Positions 28,238 to 36,694 of a stretch of 64,000 bases of DNA are shown here, piece by piece. The stretch comes from Flavobacteriales bacterium. GTDB taxonomy: Bacteria > Bacteroidota > Bacteroidia > Flavobacteriales_F > PHOS-HE28. The DNA is taken from positions 65,136 to 129,135 of the forward strand of contig JBBSUV010000003.1 in NCBI GenBank assembly GCA_038234075.1, in the 5' to 3' direction. The translations under genes were made by a program, and so were the position numbers. The notes below the pieces were generated by a model that saw only the letters and a list, made by a program, of their open reading frames with translations, searched no databases and had not been told where the DNA came from. How positions within the stretch are numbered: position 1 is the stretch's first letter; every line of letters begins with the position of its first letter.

Positions 28238-29545
28238 ATGCGCTATACACCCCTCTCCGCCGCCACCTATCGTGAACACCGTGCCCGTTTCCGCAAGGCC
28301 ATGGAAAAGGGTGGTCTCGCTGTCTTCCACAGCAACGACATCATGCCCACCAGCGCGGACGGCTCCATGCCGTTCCACCAAGCGGCGGATATTTTTCACC
28401 TCAGCGGCATCGATCAGGAAGAGACCGTGTTGCTGCTCTTCCCGGATGCTTTCGACCCGAAGGACCGCGAGATCCTTTTCGTGCGGGAGACCAGCCCGAG
28501 CATCGCCATTTGGGAAGGTGCGAAGCTGACACAGAAGCAGGCCACAGAGCTCAGCGGCATCGCAACCGTGCTGTGGACCAGCAGCTATGAGGCCACCTTG
28601 CAGCGCTTGCTCCCGCAGGCCAGCAGCATCTACCTCAACAGCAACGAGCACCTGCGCCAAAGCAACGAGGTGGAAACACGCGAGGAGCGCAAGAACAAGG
28701 AGTTGCGCGACAAGTACCCTTTGTATGAGGTGAAGCGCAGCGCACCCACCATGCACCGCATCCGTTCGCGGAAAACGGAGGAGGAGATCGCACAGATCCA
28801 GAACGCCGTGAAAATCACCGCCAAGGCGCTACAGCGAGTGCTCCACTTTGTGAAGCCCGGTGTGAAGGAATATGAGATCGAGGCGGAGATCACATACGAG
28901 TTCCTGCGCAACGGCTCGCGCGGCCATGCCTACACGCCGATCATCGCCAGCGGGCACAACGCTTGCGTGCTGCACTACATCACCAACGACGATACCTGCA
29001 AGGACGGAGACATGATCCTGATGGACTTCGGCTCTGAATACGGCGGATACGCCAGCGACCTTACGCGCAGCATTCCGGTGAACGGCAAGTTCACCCCGCG
29101 CCAACGCGATGTGTACAACGCCGTGCTGAATGTGCAAAAGGAAGCAACCAAGCTGCTCCTTCCGGGCGTCTTCCTCGCCGACTACCACAAGCAGGTGGGC
29201 GAGCTGATGGAGAAGGAACTGATCGGCCTCGGCCTGTTGAACAAGGCCGCTGTGGCGAAGCAGGATCCGGAAAAGCCGCTGTACAAAAGGTACTTCATGC
29301 ACGGCACCAGCCACTTCCTCGGCCTTGATGTGCATGATGTTGGCCTCTGGCACGAGCCGATCGTTGAAGGCATGGTCTTCACCGTGGAACCGGGCATCTA
29401 CATCCCCGAGGAGAACCTCGGCATCCGCATCGAGAACAACATCGTGGTGACCAAGAACGGCCAGGACGATCTGTTCAAGGATATTCCACGTGAGGTGGAC
29501 GAGATCGAGGCGCTGATGGCGCAGGGGAAGAAGGTTGTGGCATGA
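28238..29545 (+). CDS. pepP: Xaa-Pro aminopeptidase (M24B)
   Basis: 435 aa from internal ATG; pita-bread fold metal ligands (DGDMILMDFGSEYGGYASDLTR, HGTSHFLGLDVHD, EPGIYIPEE). Confidence 0.85.
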   Translation: MRYTPLSAATYREHRARFRKAMEKGGLAVFHSNDIMPTSADGSMPFHQAADIFHLSGIDQEETVLLLFPDAFDPKDREILFVRETSPSIAIWEGAKLTQKQATELSGIATVLWTSSYEATLQRLLPQASSIYLNSNEHLRQSNEVETREERKNKELRDKYPLYEVKRSAPTMHRIRSRKTEEEIAQIQNAVKITAKALQRVLHFVKPGVKEYEIEAEITYEFLRNGSRGHAYTPIIASGHNACVLHYITNDDTCKDGDMILMDFGSEYGGYASDLTRSIPVNGKFTPRQRDVYNAVLNVQKEATKLLLPGVFLADYHKQVGELMEKELIGLGLLNKAAVAKQDPEKPLYKRYFMHGTSHFLGLDVHDVGLWHEPIVEGMVFTVEPGIYIPEENLGIRIENNIVVTKNGQDDLFKDIPREVDEIEALMAQGKKVVA

Positions 29546-29893
29546 TCCACCGGCACTCCACACTGGAGCAGATCGAAAGGGATTTCTGGCCCGCTGGGGA
29601 ATATCCAACGGGATTGGTAAAGCGATGTCATGAGGTTGCGGAAGGTGCCGCTCAACCGGCTCACGGTGGAGGACCTCCGTCTATTGATCGGGCAGGGCAT
29701 CGGTCTTCAATACCTTGTTCCCATAGCACTTGAGTTTCTCGAAGTAGACCCATTGGTGGAAGGTGACTATTTCCCAGGGGACCTATTGAAGAACGTACTG
29801 GCTGTGAAAGATGCATATTGGCACGAACACGTGGAACAAAAGCTCGCACTCGAAAGAATAGCTGCTCCTGTTCTCGACCGATTGAAGAAGTAG
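29542..29893 (+). pseudogene. CdiI-like contact-dependent-inhibition immunity protein, frameshifted
   Basis: The N-terminal part (MIHRHSTLEQIERDFWPAGEYPTGLVKRCHE) is in frame 1. The C-terminal part (LRKVPLNRLTVEDLRLLIGQGIGLQYLVPIALEFLEVDPLVEGDYFPGDLLKNVL) is in frame 2. The two frames switch near 29640. The ATG overlaps the pepP stop as ATGA. Confidence 0.45.
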
Positions 29894-29942
29894 TTGTCTC
29901 ACGCTCCACTTCCTCCCCCTTATCTTCGCAAGAGCAACCACA

Positions 29943-30200
29943 ATGGAAACAAGCCTGCGCATCAAGGTATCGGAATTGGACATGGATCTTTTGAACAAGA
30001 TCAAACGCTTGTTCGATAAGGACCGTGAACTCACGCTGACCATCCGCTCCAGCACGGATTTCGAGCTGACACGGTCGGAAAGCAAGAAGGTGTATCTCCA
30101 GCGCTTGGACAAGGCGATCAAGAACCTTGAAAAAGGAAATGCGGTAACGCTTTCAGAGGCTGATCTGGATGCCTTGGTGATCGAGCGCCTCAAGGCATGA
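29943..30200 (+). CDS. yefM: type II antitoxin Phd/YefM family (copy A)
   Basis: 85 aa upstream of and overlapping a YoeB toxin; 97-98% identical to the 50790..51047 copy. Confidence 0.7.
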   Translation: METSLRIKVSELDMDLLNKIKRLFDKDRELTLTIRSSTDFELTRSESKKVYLQRLDKAIKNLEKGNAVTLSEADLDALVIERLKA

Positions 30201-30466
30201 AACGCATCATCTTCGAGCAGAATGCCTATGAAGATTTCTGCGATTGGGGAATCTATGACAAAGCACGGTACATTAAGATCCACGACCTGATCAAGGCTAT
30301 CCTTCGGGAACCCTTCAAAGGAGTGGGCAAACCGGAACCATTGAAGGGAGCGCTCAAAGGCTATTGGTCCCGGCGGATCGATGAAAAGCATCGGCTGGTC
30401 TACCGAATGACCAGTGAAGGGTCTGTTGAGATAGTGAGCTGCAAAGGGCACTACGGGGATAAGTGA
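30197..30466 (+). CDS. yoeB: type II toxin YoeB/Txe family (copy A)
   Basis: 89 aa; motifs PFKGVGKPEPLKGALKGYWSRRIDEKHRLVY...GHY. Confidence 0.8.
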   Translation: MKRIIFEQNAYEDFCDWGIYDKARYIKIHDLIKAILREPFKGVGKPEPLKGALKGYWSRRIDEKHRLVYRMTSEGSVEIVSCKGHYGDK

Positions 30467-30553
30467 AGAAGTCCTTGTGCTCACCCGGTCCGGCGAACAA
30501 CGGTAGCGTGTGAGCAATACCTTTCACTCAGGAGTGCTTACATTCCGGGATCC

Positions 30554-33307
30554 ATGCCTACATCCGAACCCACTCAAGAGCATTTTAATGCCACCCGGCT
30601 TCGCACGCATACGTGGGACCATCTGAAAACAGCCGTCTCCGAGTTGGCGGTGGCCAAGTCCGGCACGAGCGGATCCGTGAGCGAGGTGGACGCATTACTC
30701 GAGGATCTGCAAGTGATCGAACAGTACTGGGCCTTTCCCGGAAGGGATGCGGTCCAGGGCCTTCGCAACATGCTTGCACGCAAAGAATATGCGGCACTGG
30801 AATCGCGGGTTTTGAAACTTGTGCGCACGTTGGTGAGCGGCCAGGTCCGGTTGAACACGGGCGAACAGGAGGAGCATGCACTGGACCACGAGGATGATAG
30901 CCAGGAACGCCCACGCACGAAGTATTTCGAGGTGCTCTTCGTGGACGACCTGAGCGAGAAGGAGGAACGCGAGCTGAAGGCGAACCTCGCCGATGTCAGG
31001 GAGCCCAACGATCCCTTCACTTATGATGTCATCGTGGTGCCCACGGTGCAGGACGCCCTCATCGCGCTGCTCTTCAACTCCAACATCCAGGCGTGTGTGA
31101 TCCGATACGGCATGCCCTTCGCCTCGGAAAACGCCAAGGGGTTCCTGAAGGACTACATCCGTGCTATCACAGAGGTGGACCTCAGTGATCGCAACAAGGC
31201 GGACATGGGGCCACTTCTCGGCAAGCTCATGCGCTGGTTCCGCCCGGAGGTGGACCGCTACTACGTCACCGACACGCCCGTGAGCGACCTGAAAGACACG
31301 ACGGTGCAGAACTTCCGCCGGATCTTCTACCGTCAAGAGGATCATCAAGAACTGCACCTCAACCTGCTAAGAGGTGTGCAGGAGAAGTACGATACGCCCT
31401 TCTTCACGGCACTGATGGACTACAGCCGCCGGCCAATGGGCGTGTTCCATGCCATGCCGATCTCGCGTGGCAACTCGGTGTTCAAGAGCCGTTGGATCCA
31501 GGACTTCGGTGACTTCTATGGTCGCAACCTCTTTCTCGCGGAGACCTCCAGCACCAGCGGTGGATTGGACTCGTTGCTTCAACCGACCGGCCCGCTGAAG
31601 AAGGCGCAGGAACGCGCCGCGCGCGCTTTCGGGGCACAATTCACCTACTTCGCCACCAATGGCACAAGCACTAGCAACAAAATCGTGCTCCAAGCGCTGG
31701 TGGAGCCGCACGACATGGTGCTGATCGACCGCGATTGCCACAAGAGCCACCACTACGGCTTGGTGCTTTCCGGCGCCTACCCGGTTTATCTCGACAGCTA
31801 TCCGCTACCGGACTACAGCATGTACGGGGCGGTGCCGTTGGAGGTGATCCGGGAAAAGCTGCTCGAGCTGAAACGTGCCGGACGCCTTCACCATGTGAAG
31901 ATGCTGCTGCTCACCAACTGCACCTTCGACGGCGTGGTTTACAACGTGCAGCGCGTGATGGAACAGGTGCTCGCCATCAAGCCGGACATGATCTTCCTCT
32001 GGGATGAGGCTTGGTTCGCCTTCGCGGGCTTCAGCTACATCTTCAAGCAGCGCACCGCCATGTTCAGCGCCGCTCGCCTGCACCGCAAGTACCACAGCGA
32101 TGCCTACCGCGAGGAATACAACGCACACATCGCCTCATTGAAAAAGGGCGAAGAGCCGCGCATGCCCGACCCCGACAAGGTGCGCATCCGCGTCTACGCC
32201 ACGCAGAGCACGCACAAGACACTTACGTCCATGCGCCAGGGCAGCATGATCCACATCTGGGATGAGGACTTCCGCCGCAAGAGCGAGGACAGCTTCCACG
32301 AGGCCTACATGGCGCACACCAGCACCAGCCCCAATTACCAGATCCTCGCCAGCCTCGACGTGGGCCGCAGGCAAGTGGAATTCGAGGGCTACGAGCTGGT
32401 GGAAAAGGCGATCGAGCAAGGCATGCTGCTGCGCCATAAGATCAACGACCACCCCAAGCTGCGGCGCTATTTCGACGTGGTGACCTTGGAAGACCTCGTG
32501 CCCGCCAAGTTCCGTCCCAGTGGGCTGAGGGAATATTATACCAAGGAGAAAGGTTGGAACAGGATCGAGGAGGCTTGGGCGAACGACGAGTTCACCGTGG
32601 ACCCCACCAAGATCAACCTGTACACTGGCAAGACGGGCGTGGACGGTGACACCTTCAAGAACCGGTACTTGATGGACAAGCACCAGATCCAGGTGAACAA
32701 GACCTCGCGCAACAGCGTGTTGTTCATGACGAACATCGGCACCACGCGCGGCTCCGTGGCCTACCTGATCAAGGTGCTCCTCACCATCGCCGACGAGCTG
32801 GAGGCGCGCAACAACGCGCTGAACCACGCCGAGAAGCAACTGCACATCGCACGCATCCGTTCACTCACACAGGAAACGCCACCACTACCGGATTTCAGCC
32901 GCTTCCACGATTCCTTCCGCGCAGTGCCCGGTGTGCCCGGCGGCGACCTGCGCAAGGCCTACTTCCTCTCCTACAACGAGCTGAACTGTGAGTATGTGAA
33001 GATCCGCGATTGCCATGGTAGGATGTGCGATGGGCGTGAGCTCGTCTCGGCCAGCTTCGTCATCCCCTACCCGCCCGGCTTCCCCGTGTTGGTGCCCGGC
33101 CAAGTGGTGAGCAAGGACATCCTCGACTTCCTCATCGCCATCGACGTGAAGGAAATACATGGCTATCGCGAAGATCTGGGCCTGCGCGTGTTCAACGATC
33201 ATGCGCTGGGAAGGCAGCGGACCGGGACCGCTATGGGCGGAATGCGGATCCCAGCGCCGCAGGAAAACGGTAACTCTACAAGTTCGAGCAAGAAGAAAAA
33301 AGCATGA
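30554..33307 (+). CDS. fold-type I PLP-dependent Orn/Lys/Arg decarboxylase family protein with long N-terminal extension and receiver-like wing domain
   Basis: 917 aa. The OKR_DC_1 major domain has TNGTSTSNKIVL and the PLP-lysine motif YATQSTHKTL. A receiver-like wing domain is present (YFEVLFVDD...DVIVVPTVQDALIALL). An extra ~130-aa N-terminal segment precedes it. Confidence 0.75.
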   Translation: MPTSEPTQEHFNATRLRTHTWDHLKTAVSELAVAKSGTSGSVSEVDALLEDLQVIEQYWAFPGRDAVQGLRNMLARKEYAALESRVLKLVRTLVSGQVRLNTGEQEEHALDHEDDSQERPRTKYFEVLFVDDLSEKEERELKANLADVREPNDPFTYDVIVVPTVQDALIALLFNSNIQACVIRYGMPFASENAKGFLKDYIRAITEVDLSDRNKADMGPLLGKLMRWFRPEVDRYYVTDTPVSDLKDTTVQNFRRIFYRQEDHQELHLNLLRGVQEKYDTPFFTALMDYSRRPMGVFHAMPISRGNSVFKSRWIQDFGDFYGRNLFLAETSSTSGGLDSLLQPTGPLKKAQERAARAFGAQFTYFATNGTSTSNKIVLQALVEPHDMVLIDRDCHKSHHYGLVLSGAYPVYLDSYPLPDYSMYGAVPLEVIREKLLELKRAGRLHHVKMLLLTNCTFDGVVYNVQRVMEQVLAIKPDMIFLWDEAWFAFAGFSYIFKQRTAMFSAARLHRKYHSDAYREEYNAHIASLKKGEEPRMPDPDKVRIRVYATQSTHKTLTSMRQGSMIHIWDEDFRRKSEDSFHEAYMAHTSTSPNYQILASLDVGRRQVEFEGYELVEKAIEQGMLLRHKINDHPKLRRYFDVVTLEDLVPAKFRPSGLREYYTKEKGWNRIEEAWANDEFTVDPTKINLYTGKTGVDGDTFKNRYLMDKHQIQVNKTSRNSVLFMTNIGTTRGSVAYLIKVLLTIADELEARNNALNHAEKQLHIARIRSLTQETPPLPDFSRFHDSFRAVPGVPGGDLRKAYFLSYNELNCEYVKIRDCHGRMCDGRELVSASFVIPYPPGFPVLVPGQVVSKDILDFLIAIDVKEIHGYREDLGLRVFNDHALGRQRTGTAMGGMRIPAPQENGNSTSSSKKKKA

Positions 33308-35034
33308 GCAAGAAGAATTTGAAAAAGGCCGCGGCGACCAAAGTGAAGCCTGCTCCAGCCAATAAGAAGGTCGTTGCAAAGAAGAAAGCGGCCACCCCTT
33401 CTCGAGCGATCACCAAGGCCGTGGCCCAAAAGCCACCCGTGGCGAAGCGGGCCGCTGCCAAAAAGAAGGCCGGCCCCGCTGCCCGAACGGCCACCAAGGC
33501 CGTGGTCAAAAAGCGCCCTGTAGTGAAGCGCGCTGTCGCCAAAAAGAAGGCCGGTGCACGCAAGAAGAAAACCGGTCCTTCAGTCCTGCGCGGCGTCAGT
33601 GACATCCGGCGTTTTTTCCACCGCAACGAGACGCCGATCTACTTCATCAGCGCCACCAACTTCAATCTGCTTGGCGCGGACGAATGGATCAAGGGCTTCA
33701 AGTTCATCACCTACATCGACTGCTTCGATGGGATGCATCCCAACCTGATGAGCCCGCAGAACGAGCAGCCGCACGCCGAGTTCCAGAGCATCGAGGACAT
33801 CAACAACTACCTGCTCACCCACAGCACGGTGAAGGACTACATCGAGAAGCGGAAGAAGGGGAAGAGCGCGGGAAAGGCCCTCTTCCTCATGTTCGACGAG
33901 GAGACTGAAAAGCGTGCGCGGAAGCTGGGCTTGGACGTGATCTTCCCCAGCGCCAAGATGCGCACCTTCATGGACAACAAGGTGAACACCAACCGCGTGG
34001 CTGAGAAGGCCGGCGTGCCCTGTGTGCCCTATGTGCTCAGCCCGGTGAAGAACTATGCGCACCTCAATAAGGTGTCGGCGAAGCTTGGCAACGACCTCGT
34101 GTTGCAAACGCCCTTCGGCGATAGCGGCCATACCACCTTCTTCATCAGCAACGAGACGGAATACCGCAAGTATGCCAAGGAGATCGAGGCCGAGAAGGAG
34201 TGCAAGATCATGAAGCGCATCAATTGCCGCGGCGCGGCGATGGAGGCTTGCGTCACGCACCACGGTACGATCGTGGCCCCGCTCATGACCGAGCTGGTGG
34301 GCTTCAAGGAACTGACCCCGTACAAGGGAGGCTGGTGCGGCAACGAGATCTATGCCGAGGCCTTCACGCCCACCATCCGCCGCAAGGCCCGGAAATATGC
34401 GCAGCTCTTCGGCGACCAGCTCCGCAAGGAAGGCTACAAGGGCTACTTCGAGCTGGACTTTCTCATCGACCAGGACAATGGCGAGATCTACCTCGGCGAG
34501 TTGAACCCGCGCATCACCGGCGCCAGTAGCATCACCAACCACGCGGCCTTCGCCATGAGCGACGCGCCGCTCCACCTTTTCCACATCCTGGAATGGATGG
34601 ACAGGCCATACACGCTGAACGTGAACGGGCTGAACCGCCGCTGGGCCAATGCCGAGAACATCGACTCTTGGGGCCAGATGGTGATCAAGCACACCGTGGA
34701 CGACATCCGCAGCGTTACTGAGGCGCCTCGTAGCGGCATCTGGCACATGCGGCCCGACGGTAGCATCCAGTTCCTGCGCATGGACACCCATCGCCGCTAC
34801 GTGGAGACCGAGGACGAGGCCTTCTTCCTTCGCATCACACGCGTGGGCGACTGGCTTTACGAAGGTGCCGACATGGGCATCCTCGTGATGCGCGGCCGGA
34901 TGATGACCGATGAATTCGAACTGCTCGAGCGTTCCAAGAAATGGCTGAAGGCGATCAAGGCGCAGTACAAGAGCGTGTCGCCCGGGGAGGATAAGACCGG
35001 GCCTTTAGAGATCGGTGGTTTCAAGATGATGTGA
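33304..35034 (+). CDS. ATP-grasp family ligase with ~110-aa histone-H1-like Lys/Ala/Pro-rich N-terminal tail
   Basis: 576 aa. The N-terminus is made of KKAAATKVKPAPANKKVVAKKKAA.. repeats. The ATP-grasp core follows (VLQTPFGDSGHTTFFI..., GYFELDFLIDQDNGEIYLGELNPRITGAS). The ATG overlaps the decarboxylase stop as ATGA. Confidence 0.65.
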   Translation: MSKKNLKKAAATKVKPAPANKKVVAKKKAATPSRAITKAVAQKPPVAKRAAAKKKAGPAARTATKAVVKKRPVVKRAVAKKKAGARKKKTGPSVLRGVSDIRRFFHRNETPIYFISATNFNLLGADEWIKGFKFITYIDCFDGMHPNLMSPQNEQPHAEFQSIEDINNYLLTHSTVKDYIEKRKKGKSAGKALFLMFDEETEKRARKLGLDVIFPSAKMRTFMDNKVNTNRVAEKAGVPCVPYVLSPVKNYAHLNKVSAKLGNDLVLQTPFGDSGHTTFFISNETEYRKYAKEIEAEKECKIMKRINCRGAAMEACVTHHGTIVAPLMTELVGFKELTPYKGGWCGNEIYAEAFTPTIRRKARKYAQLFGDQLRKEGYKGYFELDFLIDQDNGEIYLGELNPRITGASSITNHAAFAMSDAPLHLFHILEWMDRPYTLNVNGLNRRWANAENIDSWGQMVIKHTVDDIRSVTEAPRSGIWHMRPDGSIQFLRMDTHRRYVETEDEAFFLRITRVGDWLYEGADMGILVMRGRMMTDEFELLERSKKWLKAIKAQYKSVSPGEDKTGPLEIGGFKMM

Positions 35035-35157
35035 GCGCAGGCGTACCACAAGGTTTTTATACCACGAAGGACGCTAAGGACACGAAGGAAATAGTAGACC
35101 AAAGGAGAGAACGAATGATGACGAGTGCCGAACTGTTGAACTGTGCACTTCCCGTTA

Positions 35158-35544
35158 ATGACTGCTGACGAACTTTCCCATATTGTGATAGGACGGGCCA
35201 TTGCGGTTCATAGCGACCTAGGGCCGGGATTGTTCGAGAAGATCTATGAGAAGGCGTTGGCCTATGAACTGAGGAATCTGGGCTTTGCTGTTCAAGACCA
35301 GTTGGAGCTGCCTGTGATCTATAAGGGCCAGAACTTGGATATGGGATATCGGCTTGACCTTCTGGTTGAAGGGAAGTTGATCATTGAGGTGAAGGCGATA
35401 TCGGCATTTGACGAGATACACATGTCGCAAGTCCTGACCTATCTTAAACTCCCCGGTTGTACCCTTGGTCTCCTGCTTAACTTCAATGTGGGCCAAATGA
35501 AAAAAGGGATCAAGCGGATTGCTTTGGGTGATCCGAACAAATGA
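35158..35544 (+). CDS. GxxExxY protein (PD-(D/E)XK-like)
   Basis: It carries the GLFEKIYEKALAYEL motif and LDLLVEGKLIIEVKA. Confidence 0.75.
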   Translation: MTADELSHIVIGRAIAVHSDLGPGLFEKIYEKALAYELRNLGFAVQDQLELPVIYKGQNLDMGYRLDLLVEGKLIIEVKAISAFDEIHMSQVLTYLKLPGCTLGLLLNFNVGQMKKGIKRIALGDPNK

Positions 35545-35663
35545 TGCGATCAAGAACCCGAACATTCTCATGAGCGTATTTTTCGCTGATATTCTCCGTC
35601 CATTCATGAGACTTCGCCTCACTCCTTCGTGTTCTTCGCGTCCTTCGTGGTAGTCATTCCCTC

Positions 35664-36656
35664 ATGTACATCCATCTAAAACTCATCCACGAACCGCTTC
35701 CCTCAGAGCGTTGGCTGCGGTTCTTCAACCGCGTCTGGCCGCTCTACCTTGACTGGTTCGTGAGCGAGGGCCATGGAAAGCGCGCAGAGCTGCCCGAATG
35801 CCGGAACGCCTTGGCCGTGCACATGCCGGAGCTTCTGCCCTTTTACGACCGCATGTGCGAGCTGGCCGGTGGCGGTGACCTCGAGTCGCGCTTCCTGAGC
35901 ATGTGGTGCCCGCCCGCCTACATGGCCGGCTGCTCTCAGGCCGCATGGGTGCGCGGCAATCCCACCTTGGTGCGCAACTATGATTACGATCCGCGCCTTT
36001 TCGATGGGCGCATGCGCTATACCGAATGGCTGAAGCCGGTGATCAGTATACAGGACAGTGCGTGGGGCGCGCTGGACGGCATGAACGTCGACGGACTTGC
36101 AATTGCACTGGCTTTCGGTGGAAGGAAGGTGAGCGGAGTCGGCTTCGGCATCCCGCTGGTGGTGCGCTATGTGCTGGAGACCTGCTCCACCACTGCAGAG
36201 GCGATGGCCGCCCTCAGCCGCATCCCCGTGCACATGAGCTACAACGTGATCGCCTTGGACAAGGACGGGAACTACGCGGTGGCCTACCTCAACCCCGATC
36301 GGCCCGCCAAAGTGGTGAAGAAGCCCGTGTGCACCAACTTCCAGGAACAGGTGGAATGGGACGAATACGCCGCCTTCACCCAGACCTTGCAGCGGAACGA
36401 CTACCTGGAGGATATGCTGCGCGACGAGAATGTGGACCGTGCCCAATTGATGAAACGCTTCCTGAAGCCGCCCCTCTATCACCAGCAATACCTCCGCGGC
36501 TTCGGCACCCTCTACAGCGTGGCCTACGATCTCAAACGCAGGAAAGCCCGTGTCTTCTGGCCCGATCAGCATATCGAGGTCGGCTTCAACGACTTCGTAG
36601 AGCAGGACCTGAAGGTGGTCCTTTTGCGGCCTGCGGGACGCTATATGGCCAAATAG
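35664..36656 (+). CDS. C45-family autoproteolytic Ntn-hydrolase (acyl-CoA:6-APA acyltransferase / choloylglycine-hydrolase-like)
   Basis: 330 aa. The AGCSQAAW processing site has a Gly-Cys nucleophile. The C-terminus is a CGH/AAT-like fold (NVIALDKDGNYAVAYLNPD). Confidence 0.6.
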   Translation: MYIHLKLIHEPLPSERWLRFFNRVWPLYLDWFVSEGHGKRAELPECRNALAVHMPELLPFYDRMCELAGGGDLESRFLSMWCPPAYMAGCSQAAWVRGNPTLVRNYDYDPRLFDGRMRYTEWLKPVISIQDSAWGALDGMNVDGLAIALAFGGRKVSGVGFGIPLVVRYVLETCSTTAEAMAALSRIPVHMSYNVIALDKDGNYAVAYLNPDRPAKVVKKPVCTNFQEQVEWDEYAAFTQTLQRNDYLEDMLRDENVDRAQLMKRFLKPPLYHQQYLRGFGTLYSVAYDLKRRKARVFWPDQHIEVGFNDFVEQDLKVVLLRPAGRYMAK

Positions 36657-36694
36657 GCACTTCCGTGCGGCACGCATGAAATATCTTCGCCGAC

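Larger units (their letters stand above)
29917..30466. repeat. ~550-bp inverted-repeat arm A (yefM-yoeB module)
   Basis: Near-identical to the reverse complement of 50524-51073. Identity begins ~25 bp upstream of the yefM ATG (TATCTTCGCAAGAG) and ends at the yoeB stop. Confidence 0.85.

Noticed and set aside
33580-34791. 403-aa minus-strand ORF antisense to the ATP-grasp gene
   Set aside because: It is antisense to a frame with clear ATP-grasp motifs, and its composition is low-complexity.
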